Assembly: GCA_031426555.1 (NCBI GenBank)
Contig: JANPLN010000017.1
Coordinates: 1-27,974 of the forward strand
Source of the DNA: Bdellovibrionales bacterium
Lineage (GTDB): Bacteria; Bdellovibrionota; Bdellovibrionia; Bdellovibrionales; JAGQZY01
Length of the DNA: 27,974 nt
Reading direction: 5' to 3'
Shown in pieces: positions 17,824 through 26,635 of the stretch. The number at the start of each line of letters is the position of its first letter. The first letter of the stretch is position 1. The translations under genes and the position numbers were made by a program. The notes below the pieces were generated by a model, which was given only the letters and a program-made list of their open reading frames with translations, searched no databases and had not been told where the DNA came from.

Positions 17824-18576
17824 TTAAAAGTCCTGAATTTGTTCCACCCACGCAGGATTGTCGATAAAGGGATTGCGATTATTTTGAATTAAAAACACCC
17901 GATCATTGCGGGTCTCTTCGTCCACATCTATGGGATCCTGCGTATGCCACTCGCGAAGGGTGTCTTCTTGTTCGCGATCGATGGGGTGTTTGTAGCGCAC
18001 CGAAAAATAAAACAAAGCCCGAGCGACGTTGCCTTTAACGGCATCGTGGGGTTCAAACACCGTTCGTCCTGTGGCGCTCTTACCCAAGGCGGCACCCGGG
18101 CAATGACTAATGGCTCCGCTCATCACGACGCCAAAGGGATGATTTTTCCTGAGAGAATTTATTTTGGAGAGTTCGGGAAACAGAATATGCAGATCACCTT
18201 TTTGTAAAGATTCGGAAAACTCGGGATTAAATTTGCTCTGCGGCCAGGAGTGTTCCGTATTGACGACGTGATAGTCGGGAATTTGCCACGGAGACAACGG
18301 GCTGCTTGTGGAAAGATCTTGGTTGGTGATGGTGATTTGGCAGTAGTTGGTGGTGACAGAGTAGGTGTCAAAGGAAAGGCCCTTGAGATAGAGATAGCCG
18401 AACATTTGTTGACGTGCCGTTTTGTAAACATTGGAGACGTGTCGGAGTTCGATGCTGCTAAATAGATCGTCGCGAAGAGTATTTTGCGGGGAGAAGTGGT
18501 AGTAGTCAGGTGGAGGGCGCGCAGCGGAGAACGAAATAAATAGTGAGATGACTGTAAGAACAGTTGATCCGCCCAT
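17824..18576 (-). CDS. Secreted endonuclease I family (His-Me finger) nuclease
   Basis: GGAGG SD and a signal peptide. Motifs NTEHSWPQS, DLHILFP...NSLR, KGNVARALFYFSVRY, WHTQDP and QNNRNPFID. Confidence 0.92.
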   Translation of the reverse strand: MGGSTVLTVISLFISFSAARPPPDYYHFSPQNTLRDDLFSSIELRHVSNVYKTARQQMFGYLYLKGLSFDTYSVTTNYCQITITNQDLSTSSPLSPWQIPDYHVVNTEHSWPQSKFNPEFSESLQKGDLHILFPELSKINSLRKNHPFGVVMSGAISHCPGAALGKSATGRTVFEPHDAVKGNVARALFYFSVRYKHPIDREQEDTLREWHTQDPIDVDEETRNDRVFLIQNNRNPFIDNPAWVEQIQDF

Positions 18577-18634
18577 AGACCTCCGTATCCGTTACACACC
18601 GTCCAGTGGTGTTAATAAAAGTATGAACTAACTT

Positions 18635-19801
18635 TTAATATTTATCCATAATTTCTTTTAGGATCGAAAATCGCCCCTCGAAACTGTAATCTTGGCGAGT
18701 TTTTTGCGCGGCGATTTTAGCTTTCTCGCCTCGTTGAGGATCGTTTAGGCTCTGCACTATTTTATGAGCCAAATCCTGATAGTCGCCGGGTTTATGGAGC
18801 AAGCCATAGGAGTCATCGCGAATGATTTCGAGCGCGCCACCAGCACCTGAAGCCACCAGTGGAACTTCGCAAAAAATCCCCTCCACGATCACTCGGCCAT
18901 AGGGCTCGGGTTCGATGGAACAATGAACGAGAAGATCTAGGGAGTTGTAAACCATTTGCGGACTTTTTTGAAATGGCACAAAGTGAATGCGATCGATGTG
19001 GTCTAAGGCCCCCACAAGTTTATGTAAATTTTCTGTAAAGCCGCGCTCCCCGAGGGTGTCGTAAATCTGTCCCCCGATCAGGAGAAAATGGCAGTTTTGC
19101 AAATGCGCTAGCGCGTGATGGGCCGCCAAAATAAATTCTTTTTGCCCCTTCCAGCGGGCAAAAACGCCCACCAGCCCAACGAGCTGATGATCGTGGGGAA
19201 TTTTTAAAAGCTCGTGCAGATATTTGTTTTTAGCCGGGAAGTACTGCGTCTCGCAAAAACCACAGTAAACAACGTCCATGGGCAACCTTGGAAAGGTTTT
19301 GGCAATGGCCACAGAGGATGCAATCCATGTGATGTTGGGTTTGTCTTTAAAGCGCAGAAAAAACTTTTGCAGTGAAGGAGCCCCCAGCAAGTCGCGAAAG
19401 TGGATTACAATCTGCGCTGGGATGAGAGAGCTGAGGAGGCAAAGGGTGGCATGGCATTTAATTCCCGTGGAGTGAATGGCTGACGGACCTTCTTTTTTTA
19501 AAAAGGCATGGAGACGAAACAAATACAGTAAGTAAGCCGGTAGGCCCAAGAGCAAAAACGCCAGTTTTGATGGAGGGGATTGACGGGAGAGCTTGGTCCA
19601 AAGAGTTGGAAAGGGTATGATTTTGTAGTTGATGGAGAACTCGTTTAACTTATCTATCAGAGGTCCTTGCTCTTTTGGTAACAGAACGAAAAAGTCTTCA
19701 GGTTTTTTGTCTTTCTTATAAAAAATTAAAAAATCAAGAAGCGATCTTTCGGCGCCGCCAAGATGGGAGGAGACTCCATAAAATATAACCTTTTTAGACA
19801 C
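18635..19801 (-). CDS. Glycosyltransferase family 4 (GT-B)
   Basis: Motifs GGAERS, WKGQ and EPYGRVIVEG. Confidence 0.92.
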   Translation of the reverse strand: MSKKVIFYGVSSHLGGAERSLLDFLIFYKKDKKPEDFFVLLPKEQGPLIDKLNEFSINYKIIPFPTLWTKLSRQSPPSKLAFLLLGLPAYLLYLFRLHAFLKKEGPSAIHSTGIKCHATLCLLSSLIPAQIVIHFRDLLGAPSLQKFFLRFKDKPNITWIASSVAIAKTFPRLPMDVVYCGFCETQYFPAKNKYLHELLKIPHDHQLVGLVGVFARWKGQKEFILAAHHALAHLQNCHFLLIGGQIYDTLGERGFTENLHKLVGALDHIDRIHFVPFQKSPQMVYNSLDLLVHCSIEPEPYGRVIVEGIFCEVPLVASGAGGALEIIRDDSYGLLHKPGDYQDLAHKIVQSLNDPQRGEKAKIAAQKTRQDYSFEGRFSILKEIMDKY

Positions 19802-20978
19802 GCATTTCTCCCGCGATGATTTGCGCTGTTTGGGACCAACTTCGTCGCATCACCATTTGCAAACAGTAGCTTGATGAGACAGCGAGTTTTTGCGGGTTGG
19901 AAAGAAGAGCAAAAAGTTGTTTTTCGATTTGCACAAGATCAGTTGGGTTTACCAGCCATCCCGACTTTTGGTCATCAATGGCGTCGGGGATTCCTCCGCT
20001 GGCACCTCCAAGACTTGGCAGTCCACAGGCGGCAGCCTCTAAAAACACTAAGCCAAAGCCCTCCACATCAGGCAGCTCTTCGCGGGACAAAAGCACAAAC
20101 AGATCGGCCGCGTTGTAGTGTTGGATGATCTGCTCTTGCGTAAGGGCACCAAGAAACTCCACCTGGTTGTTGAGTGAAAGGTCGGAAGTGATTTTTCTTA
20201 ATCGTGCAAGGTCGGTACCCGTGCCGATAACTCTGTATTTGATGTCGAGGCCTTGCTTTAGGAGCGAAGGCAACGAGCGCAACACCATGTCTACGCCTTT
20301 GTAGGCGTTTAATCTGGTGACGGTGAGCAGATTTTTTGTGGGCTTTAAAAATCGATCTTTTGTGGGTGTGGAAAGAGGTTTGTAGATGTTGGTGTTAATT
20401 CCATTGTTCGCCACACAGAGTTTGCTCTCTGGGGTTTGAGTGATTTGCAAAATTAAATCCTTTGTGTATCGACTCACAGGAAATATTTTTTCGGCGTTGA
20501 GCAAAGTCTGCTGTTTGAGGTGCGAAATGAGCTTTTTTCGCAAAAAGTGTTTTATGGTTTTTTCGCTTTCGACCACTTCCATGGCATGGGCGGCGATAAA
20601 GTACGGCGTTTGCGGTGCTCCCCACTTTTGTGCAAGGTAAACGGCGCTGGCATCTGGAAACCACAGGGGGCAAAATAGAAAGTCAGGTTTGATCTGCTTT
20701 TGCAGTCGCCAAACCGCGTGCGCCCACTGTGGTAAAGCCAGGGCCGCCATGTTGGCTGTTTTGATGCGGGTAATATAAAAAGGGGACGTTTGATCGTAAG
20801 CGGCTGTGTTCTCCGCATGGCGTGCAAGGATATGAATGTCGCACTGATATTCGTGGTACAGCACGGTCATCAGCTCGTGCACGTAGTGGGCGACACCGCC
20901 CAGTTGCGGTTTAAAATCAAAACTGGGAACAAATATTTTTTTTCGCGGTAGGTTTTGCGACGTCTTTTGTATCATCAT
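19794..20978 (-). CDS. Glycosyltransferase family 4 (GT-B)
   Basis: Motifs GGVAHY, RLNAYKG and EGFGLVFLEAAACG. Confidence 0.93.
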   Translation of the reverse strand: MMIQKTSQNLPRKKIFVPSFDFKPQLGGVAHYVHELMTVLYHEYQCDIHILARHAENTAAYDQTSPFYITRIKTANMAALALPQWAHAVWRLQKQIKPDFLFCPLWFPDASAVYLAQKWGAPQTPYFIAAHAMEVVESEKTIKHFLRKKLISHLKQQTLLNAEKIFPVSRYTKDLILQITQTPESKLCVANNGINTNIYKPLSTPTKDRFLKPTKNLLTVTRLNAYKGVDMVLRSLPSLLKQGLDIKYRVIGTGTDLARLRKITSDLSLNNQVEFLGALTQEQIIQHYNAADLFVLLSREELPDVEGFGLVFLEAAACGLPSLGGASGGIPDAIDDQKSGWLVNPTDLVQIEKQLFALLSNPQKLAVSSSYCLQMVMRRSWSQTAQIIAGEMRV

Positions 20979-22159
20979 GAATTTGCAGCGTTGAGAGATT
21001 GATAAAATTGAAAATATTCTTCGGAGACAATTTCCCAGGGGCGCTCCTGTGCTGTCGCGACGGCGTTTGCTGAAAAACGTTTTTGCTGGGCAGGATTTTT
21101 AATTAACGTACCCAGTTGTTGCGCCATCGAGACTGGGTCGAGGATGTTTTCGATCAAGAGACCATTTTGCTCGTGCTCGATCAGCTCTGAACCGCCGGCG
21201 CTGGGGGACACCACGCATGGAAGGCCCGACGCCATGGCTTCGAGAATCACCAAACCAAAGGGCTCATACACGGTGGGAAAAAAGAACAGGTCGCTGGCCC
21301 AATAATAGTCGCGAATATTTTTTGTGTGTTGAATAAAATGCACGTACTCGTTGATTTTTTCCTCAGTGGCAATTCTTTTAAGAGGTCTAATATCTCCCGC
21401 GCCAACGGCGATGTAATGAATGTTGGAAAAGCCTTCGGCTTTTAAAACACCAATGGTTTCGAGCGCCAAAGGTACACCCTTTCGCTGATTCAGGGCCCCC
21501 GTGTGCAAGAGTACCAACGCGTCTTTAGGAATGCGAAGTTCATTGCGAACCCGTTCGCGGGCTGCCATGGCTTCGTCGGTGGTAGGCGGGCAAAAGTACT
21601 GGCTATCGACGCCGTGGTAGATGGTGCGAATATTTTTTTCGGGAATCTGGAAGTTTTGAATCAACTCTTTTTTTATGGAGTGCGAAATGGCGATGTATTT
21701 TTTATTTTTTTTGTAGAGGCGATGTTCAAGCCAAACATTAAACAACTGCAAAATTTGGTGGTAAATGCTTTTAAAAAAGGGAGCATCGTCTTCTAAGTTA
21801 AAGTCAGCTTGCAAGTTTTGCCAGGTTTTATGCAAAAACTGAATTTGGAAAACATCGGGATCAAAAGTGGCAGTGCCGGTGCTTTGCACCCATACTTTTT
21901 CGGTTTTCCTAAGACTCGAAAAACGAAAAAGCGAACGAAATCCGTAGGACAACACTTTTAAAATCAGTGGTCGCCGCAAGCCGAGGTACTTTGTAAAGGT
22001 CACAGTCGGCCACGGGCGGTGGTCGGTAAACTGATAAGCGTGGATTTCGAGCGGTAATTTTTGGCTCAAGCCAAAAAGGATTTCAAGATTGGATTTGTCC
22101 TGTCCACCCCATGGGTGAAGATCGTGAATAGCAATGATCAGTTTACGCACGCTTTGCAT
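20975..22159 (-). CDS. Glycosyltransferase family 4 (GT-B)
   Basis: Motifs WGGQD, RKG and YEPFGLVILEAMASG. Confidence 0.93.
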   Translation of the reverse strand: MQSVRKLIIAIHDLHPWGGQDKSNLEILFGLSQKLPLEIHAYQFTDHRPWPTVTFTKYLGLRRPLILKVLSYGFRSLFRFSSLRKTEKVWVQSTGTATFDPDVFQIQFLHKTWQNLQADFNLEDDAPFFKSIYHQILQLFNVWLEHRLYKKNKKYIAISHSIKKELIQNFQIPEKNIRTIYHGVDSQYFCPPTTDEAMAARERVRNELRIPKDALVLLHTGALNQRKGVPLALETIGVLKAEGFSNIHYIAVGAGDIRPLKRIATEEKINEYVHFIQHTKNIRDYYWASDLFFFPTVYEPFGLVILEAMASGLPCVVSPSAGGSELIEHEQNGLLIENILDPVSMAQQLGTLIKNPAQQKRFSANAVATAQERPWEIVSEEYFQFYQSLNAANS

Positions 22160-22165
22160 CTCTTC

Positions 22166-22193
22166 AGTGTAGAGGGTCTTTTTCCTTTTTCAA
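22166..22193 (-). promoter_or_regulatory. Sigma70 promoter for the three-GT4 operon, leaderless-type
   Basis: TTGAAA (22193-22188), 16 nt, TACACT (22171-22166), GAAGAG, ATG(22159). Confidence 0.6.
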
Positions 22194-22265
22194 CGAGCTT
22201 GTAACATAATATTTGTTTTACGTTTCACCTTTTCCTTCGCAGCGAACACAGTCATACTTTGGAGA

Positions 22266-23420
22266 ATGAAAGCAAAGATCCAGCTTCTGAGTGTTGGTCA
22301 CTCCTATGTTGTCGCGCTCAATCGATCGTTGATGCGAGAGCTTAACAAAAGCGATCGCATCCAGGTCACCGTGGGGGCGCCACGTTTTTTTGCGGGCGAT
22401 CTTCGGCCCATCCACATCGAGGACGAACCCATAGGCAGTGATTTGCAAGTCGTGGATCTGCCATGCACATTCACCTCGTCCATTCACATGTTTTGGTACA
22501 ACCCCTTCGAGCTGCGCAGGCTTGTGCAGTCAAAGCCGTGGGACTATGGTTACGTTTGGGAAGAGCCGTACATTTTTTCGGGCTTCCAGCTGGCCCGGGC
22601 GTTTCGAAAAAAAAATATTCCCTATTCATTATTTACCAATCAAAACATTTTTAAAAAATATCCATGGCCTTTTTCGCAATTTGAAAGACGCACCTTACAA
22701 ACGTGTGATTCGCTTTGGGGGTGCGGACCTCAGGTTTTAGAGACATTTCGCCAAAAACAATACACAGGGCCATCGGAAGTTGTGCCTTATTTTGTAAACA
22801 CGGAACGTTTTAAACCGATCACGCCTCAGCAAAAATCGCAAAATCGCAAAAAGTGGGGACTTCACGATGTAAAAACGGTGGGTTTTATGGGTCGGCTAAC
22901 CAAAGAAAAAGGCTTAGAGCATTTTTGTTACGCCGTGGAAAAACTCCCGCGCGAGACGCCGTGGCAGGTGTTGATTTTGGGGGATGGGCCCATGAAGGCT
23001 GAGCTGCAAACGTGGATTTTAAAAAATAATTTTCAGGAGCGGGTTTTTTTAAAACTTGTAAAGCACGAAGACGTTCCGCAAATTTTGCCGACCATGGATG
23101 TGTTGCTGTGTCCAAGCCAAACGACCCCGTTTTGGCGCGAGCAGTTTGGGCGAATGATCATCGAGGCTTTTGCCTGTGGAGTGGCGGTCATAGCCAGTGA
23201 TTCGGGCGAAATCCCCTTTGTGATGGATGGGGCGGGGCTTATCGTTTCCGAGCATGATAAAGGGGCATGGGCCCAAACCTTGAGCGAAACTTTAACAAAC
23301 GAGGATTTGTTACACACATTGCGTGAGCGCGGGTTCCTTCGAGCGAGAACTTTTTCCATAAAAACCGTGGCCAAACAGATCGAAAAGATCATTGTTGCTA
23401 GAGCTGATAAGTCCAAGTAG
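22266..23420 (+). CDS. Glycosyltransferase family 4 (HpsO-like motif set)
   Basis: Motifs GHSYVVALNR, WEEPY, GRLTKEKG and WREQFGRMIIEAFACG. Confidence 0.92.
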   Translation: MKAKIQLLSVGHSYVVALNRSLMRELNKSDRIQVTVGAPRFFAGDLRPIHIEDEPIGSDLQVVDLPCTFTSSIHMFWYNPFELRRLVQSKPWDYGYVWEEPYIFSGFQLARAFRKKNIPYSLFTNQNIFKKYPWPFSQFERRTLQTCDSLWGCGPQVLETFRQKQYTGPSEVVPYFVNTERFKPITPQQKSQNRKKWGLHDVKTVGFMGRLTKEKGLEHFCYAVEKLPRETPWQVLILGDGPMKAELQTWILKNNFQERVFLKLVKHEDVPQILPTMDVLLCPSQTTPFWREQFGRMIIEAFACGVAVIASDSGEIPFVMDGAGLIVSEHDKGAWAQTLSETLTNEDLLHTLRERGFLRARTFSIKTVAKQIEKIIVARADKSK

Positions 23421-23429
23421 AACCGGGCC

Positions 23430-23792
23430 ATGACAGAACCATTAAAAAACCAACACGTTCGCAATATTCCTTTGGACATTGTTCTTACGCTGATCACCTG
23501 TTTTTTGTACAACATCTACGTGCAATATAAACAGTGTGCCGCTGTGAATGACATGCTGAAGGAGTACAAGTACAGCTTCGCACAGTGGCTAATCTTTACT
23601 ATTCTTACTTGTGGCCTGTACCACATTTATCACGAGTACCGAAAAAGCTCCGACGTGGCTGTGCTTTTAAAAAAAGACGCAAGCTCCGCCGGTCTGATCG
23701 CAGTCGTTTTGACGGCCTTCGGTTTGAGCATCGTAAACGATGCGATCCAGCAGTCAGAGATCAACGGCTATTATGGTAGCCCTGGTCTTTAA
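23430..23792 (+). CDS. DUF4234-family small membrane protein
   Basis: Duplicated LTLITCFLYNIY / FTILTCGLYHIY motif and C-terminal IQQSEIN. Confidence 0.75.
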   Translation: MTEPLKNQHVRNIPLDIVLTLITCFLYNIYVQYKQCAAVNDMLKEYKYSFAQWLIFTILTCGLYHIYHEYRKSSDVAVLLKKDASSAGLIAVVLTAFGLSIVNDAIQQSEINGYYGSPGL

Positions 23793-24168
23793 AAGACTTT
23801 TTCAAAGCAGTTTTATTGCGGGAGGGCTCATCGCCGTTGTGGCTCGGCTCAATGGCTGGCGCCCTTCGATTCTTTCCATCGAAGCCCTTACTGCCCATTC
23901 ACCGCTGGCCTGTCTGTTTCATAAGTTCACCGGCTGGGACTGCCCGGGGTGCGGGCTTACGCGGGCAGTGATCAGCTTTTTTGCCGGAGATTGGACGCTG
24001 GCGTTTTATTTTCATCCCATGGGGCCGCTCGTAGGACTTTTTATTTGTTATCTGTTTTTGCTCACGTTTAAAAAAGTAAACCTTTGGAGACCCGAAAAGT
24101 GGTTCCATGCGCGATGGAGCTGGAGCTTTTTGCTAATTCTTATAGCATGGGGAATATTACGTAATTAA
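23773..24168 (+). CDS. DUF2752-family membrane protein
   Basis: Signature CLFHKFTGWDCPGCGLTRA...AFYFHP and C-terminal GILRN; ATG 23773 chosen as start. Confidence 0.88.
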   Translation: MVALVFKRLFQSSFIAGGLIAVVARLNGWRPSILSIEALTAHSPLACLFHKFTGWDCPGCGLTRAVISFFAGDWTLAFYFHPMGPLVGLFICYLFLLTFKKVNLWRPEKWFHARWSWSFLLILIAWGILRN

Positions 24169-24246
24169 AATCCTAGACTTTCATCTTGCTATGGGTGGTG
24201 AAATCCTTTGAATCCGATTAAACTTGAGATTCAGAGGGAGATCCTA

Positions 24247-24525
24247 ATGACATACCGACGAGTGCAAGGTTTACCTTGGCAAATTATCGATGAAAAAGCC
24301 GTGATCTTGGATCCTCGCAATCAAAAAGTGCATGAGCTCAACGAAGTGGGCTCATTTATTTGGGAAAAATTAGACGGCGAAAAAGATGCAGATATTATTT
24401 CCAACCTGTTGATCGAAGATTTTGATTGTGAGCTTGCAGTTGTTGCCAGTGACATTCAAGAATTTTGCGAAGGACTTGCTGCCGAAGGCATTGTTGAGGT
24501 CCTTAAGCCCACAGCGCCATTCTAG
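24247..24525 (+). CDS. Stand-alone PqqD family / RiPP recognition element (RRE) protein
   Basis: GAGGGAG SD before ATG 24247; 92 aa. Sequence WQIIDEKAVILD...HELNEVGSFIWEKLDG...DIQEFCEGLAAEGIV fits the PqqD winged-helix pattern. Confidence 0.88.
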   Translation: MTYRRVQGLPWQIIDEKAVILDPRNQKVHELNEVGSFIWEKLDGEKDADIISNLLIEDFDCELAVVASDIQEFCEGLAAEGIVEVLKPTAPF

Positions 24526-24526
24526 A

Positions 24527-25495
24527 TTAGCGCCAAACAAAGGTTTTTTGCTGCAGATTTCCGCGCCAGAGTTGGAAAATTGTAATCCACGGCGTGATCA
24601 TATAATACATCCACATTTTAAAAGCCTCGTTCATTGAGAAGGAACACCCTCGCAGTTGTTGAGTTGTGTAGATCGCGCTCAAAGCAAAGACGATTCCCAC
24701 GACAATGAATCCTCGCTCTAAAGTGGGGGAGAACAGAAGCCACAAAAGAAGTGCGGCGTGAATCGCCAGAAAAGCCCATTGAAAGCGCTGAACGGCTTTC
24801 CAGCCCTGGTTTGTAAAAAGCAGAGAATGTTTTTTGTACAGATAAGGAATAAGACGAGCGCGGTACGCATTAAACAACAGCCGATTGACGTCGGCGGCGG
24901 GAACAGGATGCTCTACGACGCAGGTTTCATCAAAAACAATGTTGTGCCCACGATCGAGTAACGTCCAAGCTAAATCCGTATCTTCCAAATAAAACGGAAA
25001 ATTTAAATCAAAGCCGCCGCATTGTAAAAATACATCTCTCTTATAAAACATATTGCACGTTTGATAGCCGCCCGCTTTGGAAAGCCTTTGCAGCCCTTTG
25101 TAGGTGTAAGTCATTTTTTCGGGACTTGGAATCTTTGTGAGACCTTCGATGGCTTGGCAATCGGTGGCTTGCAGGCGTTTTTGCGCCTGCAAGAGCCAGT
25201 TTTTATCAGCCACGCAATCGTCGTCGATAAATGCCAGCCAAGGGGCTATCGCTGCGCGGGCGCCGGCGTTTCGTTTGTAAGAGGCGCTGGTTCCGCCAAA
25301 GGGATCGTCGTCTGCCGACAGTATCTGCAGTTGAAGCTTTGAGGTCGAAAGATTTTTTACGCCAGGATCGTTGGGCGATGGAACCACAATCACTTCAAAC
25401 TGCTCCGGCGACAGAGTCTGTTGCTCGAGCGATGCGAGCAGCAGACATAACTTTTCGGGCCGAAAGTGGGTGGGAGTTACAACTGAAAAAATCAT
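24527..25495 (-). CDS. Glycosyltransferase family 2 (GT-A)
   Basis: Motifs SVVTPT, KRNAGA, AFIDDD, GGFD and EDTDL; C-terminal membrane helices. Confidence 0.92.
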   Translation of the reverse strand: MIFSVVTPTHFRPEKLCLLLASLEQQTLSPEQFEVIVVPSPNDPGVKNLSTSKLQLQILSADDDPFGGTSASYKRNAGARAAIAPWLAFIDDDCVADKNWLLQAQKRLQATDCQAIEGLTKIPSPEKMTYTYKGLQRLSKAGGYQTCNMFYKRDVFLQCGGFDLNFPFYLEDTDLAWTLLDRGHNIVFDETCVVEHPVPAADVNRLLFNAYRARLIPYLYKKHSLLFTNQGWKAVQRFQWAFLAIHAALLLWLLFSPTLERGFIVVGIVFALSAIYTTQQLRGCSFSMNEAFKMWMYYMITPWITIFQLWRGNLQQKTFVWR

Positions 25496-25501
25496 GCTCT
25501 G

Positions 25502-25582
25502 ATGTTAACTTGGAAAACCTTAAAATACACCTAGACCAAAGATAAATTCATGGATGATCCGTAAACAACTCCAGAGTAGAAT
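25502..25582. promoter_or_regulatory. Back-to-back -10 elements, each 6 nt from the start codon of a divergent GT2 gene
   Basis: Minus strand: TAACAT (25507-25502)-CAGAGC-ATG(25495). Plus strand: TAGAAT (25577-25582)-CGGCTT-ATG(25589). Neither gene has an SD. Confidence 0.55.
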
Positions 25583-25588
25583 CGGCTT

Positions 25589-26635
25589 ATGAAGTCAATT
25601 CTCATTTCTATTTTGCTACCGACCCATAATCGCTGTCAGCTTCTGCAAGAAACATTGAACACAGTGTTTCAGCAGGTGGTCGGATTGGACCAAATAGAAC
25701 TTATTGTTTCGAACGATGGCTCCACCGACGGGACTAAAAACTATTTAGATGAGTTGAAGCAAACGTCACAAAAGTTTCCGCTGCATGTGTTCCATCACGA
25801 AAACAATTTGGGCGGCCCGGGAAACTGGAAGTTTTTATTGGAGCAAGCAAAAGGCGAGTTTGTGTATTTACTCAGTGACGATGATTACATCAAACCGGAT
25901 TTTTTAAAACAGTATATGCAGATCATCGCCGAAAACCCAACCGTGGATTTAGTTTATAGCGGCATTGAGTATTGTGATGATTCCATGCGGACGCTCAATC
26001 AGAGCCAAATTTCCTCGGTGCCCGGTTTAGTGAGTGGCACCGGACGATTGAAAAACCATCTCGTGGCCAATCACATGGTGATGAGCTCTGTGTATCGCCG
26101 TTCTACTTTTTTAAAAGCGGGTGGCTGGCAAGCAAAGTATGGCACCTGCATTGATGGCGGTGGCTTTGCGATGATGTGCACTCAAAGTAGACAAACTTAT
26201 TTTATTTCAAAAGCTTTGTTTTGCTTCCGCATCGGCGCCCAAACATGGTCGTCGTTCAGTCCACAAAAGCAAAAAAAGATGTATCAGTATTTTCGTTTAA
26301 TCATCGACGACGTCGTGGCGTGGGCCATAATTAATGATCAAAAAAATATTTCTTTTTACCGATCGTGTTATGCCGCTCACGCTCAAGGGGCACTAAATAT
26401 GTTGGATTTAAAAATCGTCCACGAGCAAATCAATAAAGCCACCCTCAAGGAATTGCTTCGCGATTTGCGTGAGGTATTTCCCGAAGTTGTCACCCTTCCT
26501 AGTTATTATAAAATGCAAATGGTCGCCTATTTGGGTGTGCGTTGGCTTGAAGCCGTGCGCGAGTGGTTGGGGCGCGGGATTCGCGGGAAGAGTGTTTTTG
26601 AAAAAGACTATGAACCTCAAGGAGTGAAGCGATGA
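25589..26635 (+). CDS. Glycosyltransferase family 2 (GT-A)
   Basis: Motifs ISILLPTHNR, NDGSTDGT, ENNLG and LSDDD. Confidence 0.92.
   Translation: MKSILISILLPTHNRCQLLQETLNTVFQQVVGLDQIELIVSNDGSTDGTKNYLDELKQTSQKFPLHVFHHENNLGGPGNWKFLLEQAKGEFVYLLSDDDYIKPDFLKQYMQIIAENPTVDLVYSGIEYCDDSMRTLNQSQISSVPGLVSGTGRLKNHLVANHMVMSSVYRRSTFLKAGGWQAKYGTCIDGGGFAMMCTQSRQTYFISKALFCFRIGAQTWSSFSPQKQKKMYQYFRLIIDDVVAWAIINDQKNISFYRSCYAAHAQGALNMLDLKIVHEQINKATLKELLRDLREVFPEVVTLPSYYKMQMVAYLGVRWLEAVREWLGRGIRGKSVFEKDYEPQGVKR

Noticed and set aside
24169..24246. Possible RiPP precursor ORF upstream of the PqqD gene
   Set aside because: Only a 6-codon ORF (MGGEIL) and the TTG-extended PqqD frame are present; there is no credible leader/core peptide.
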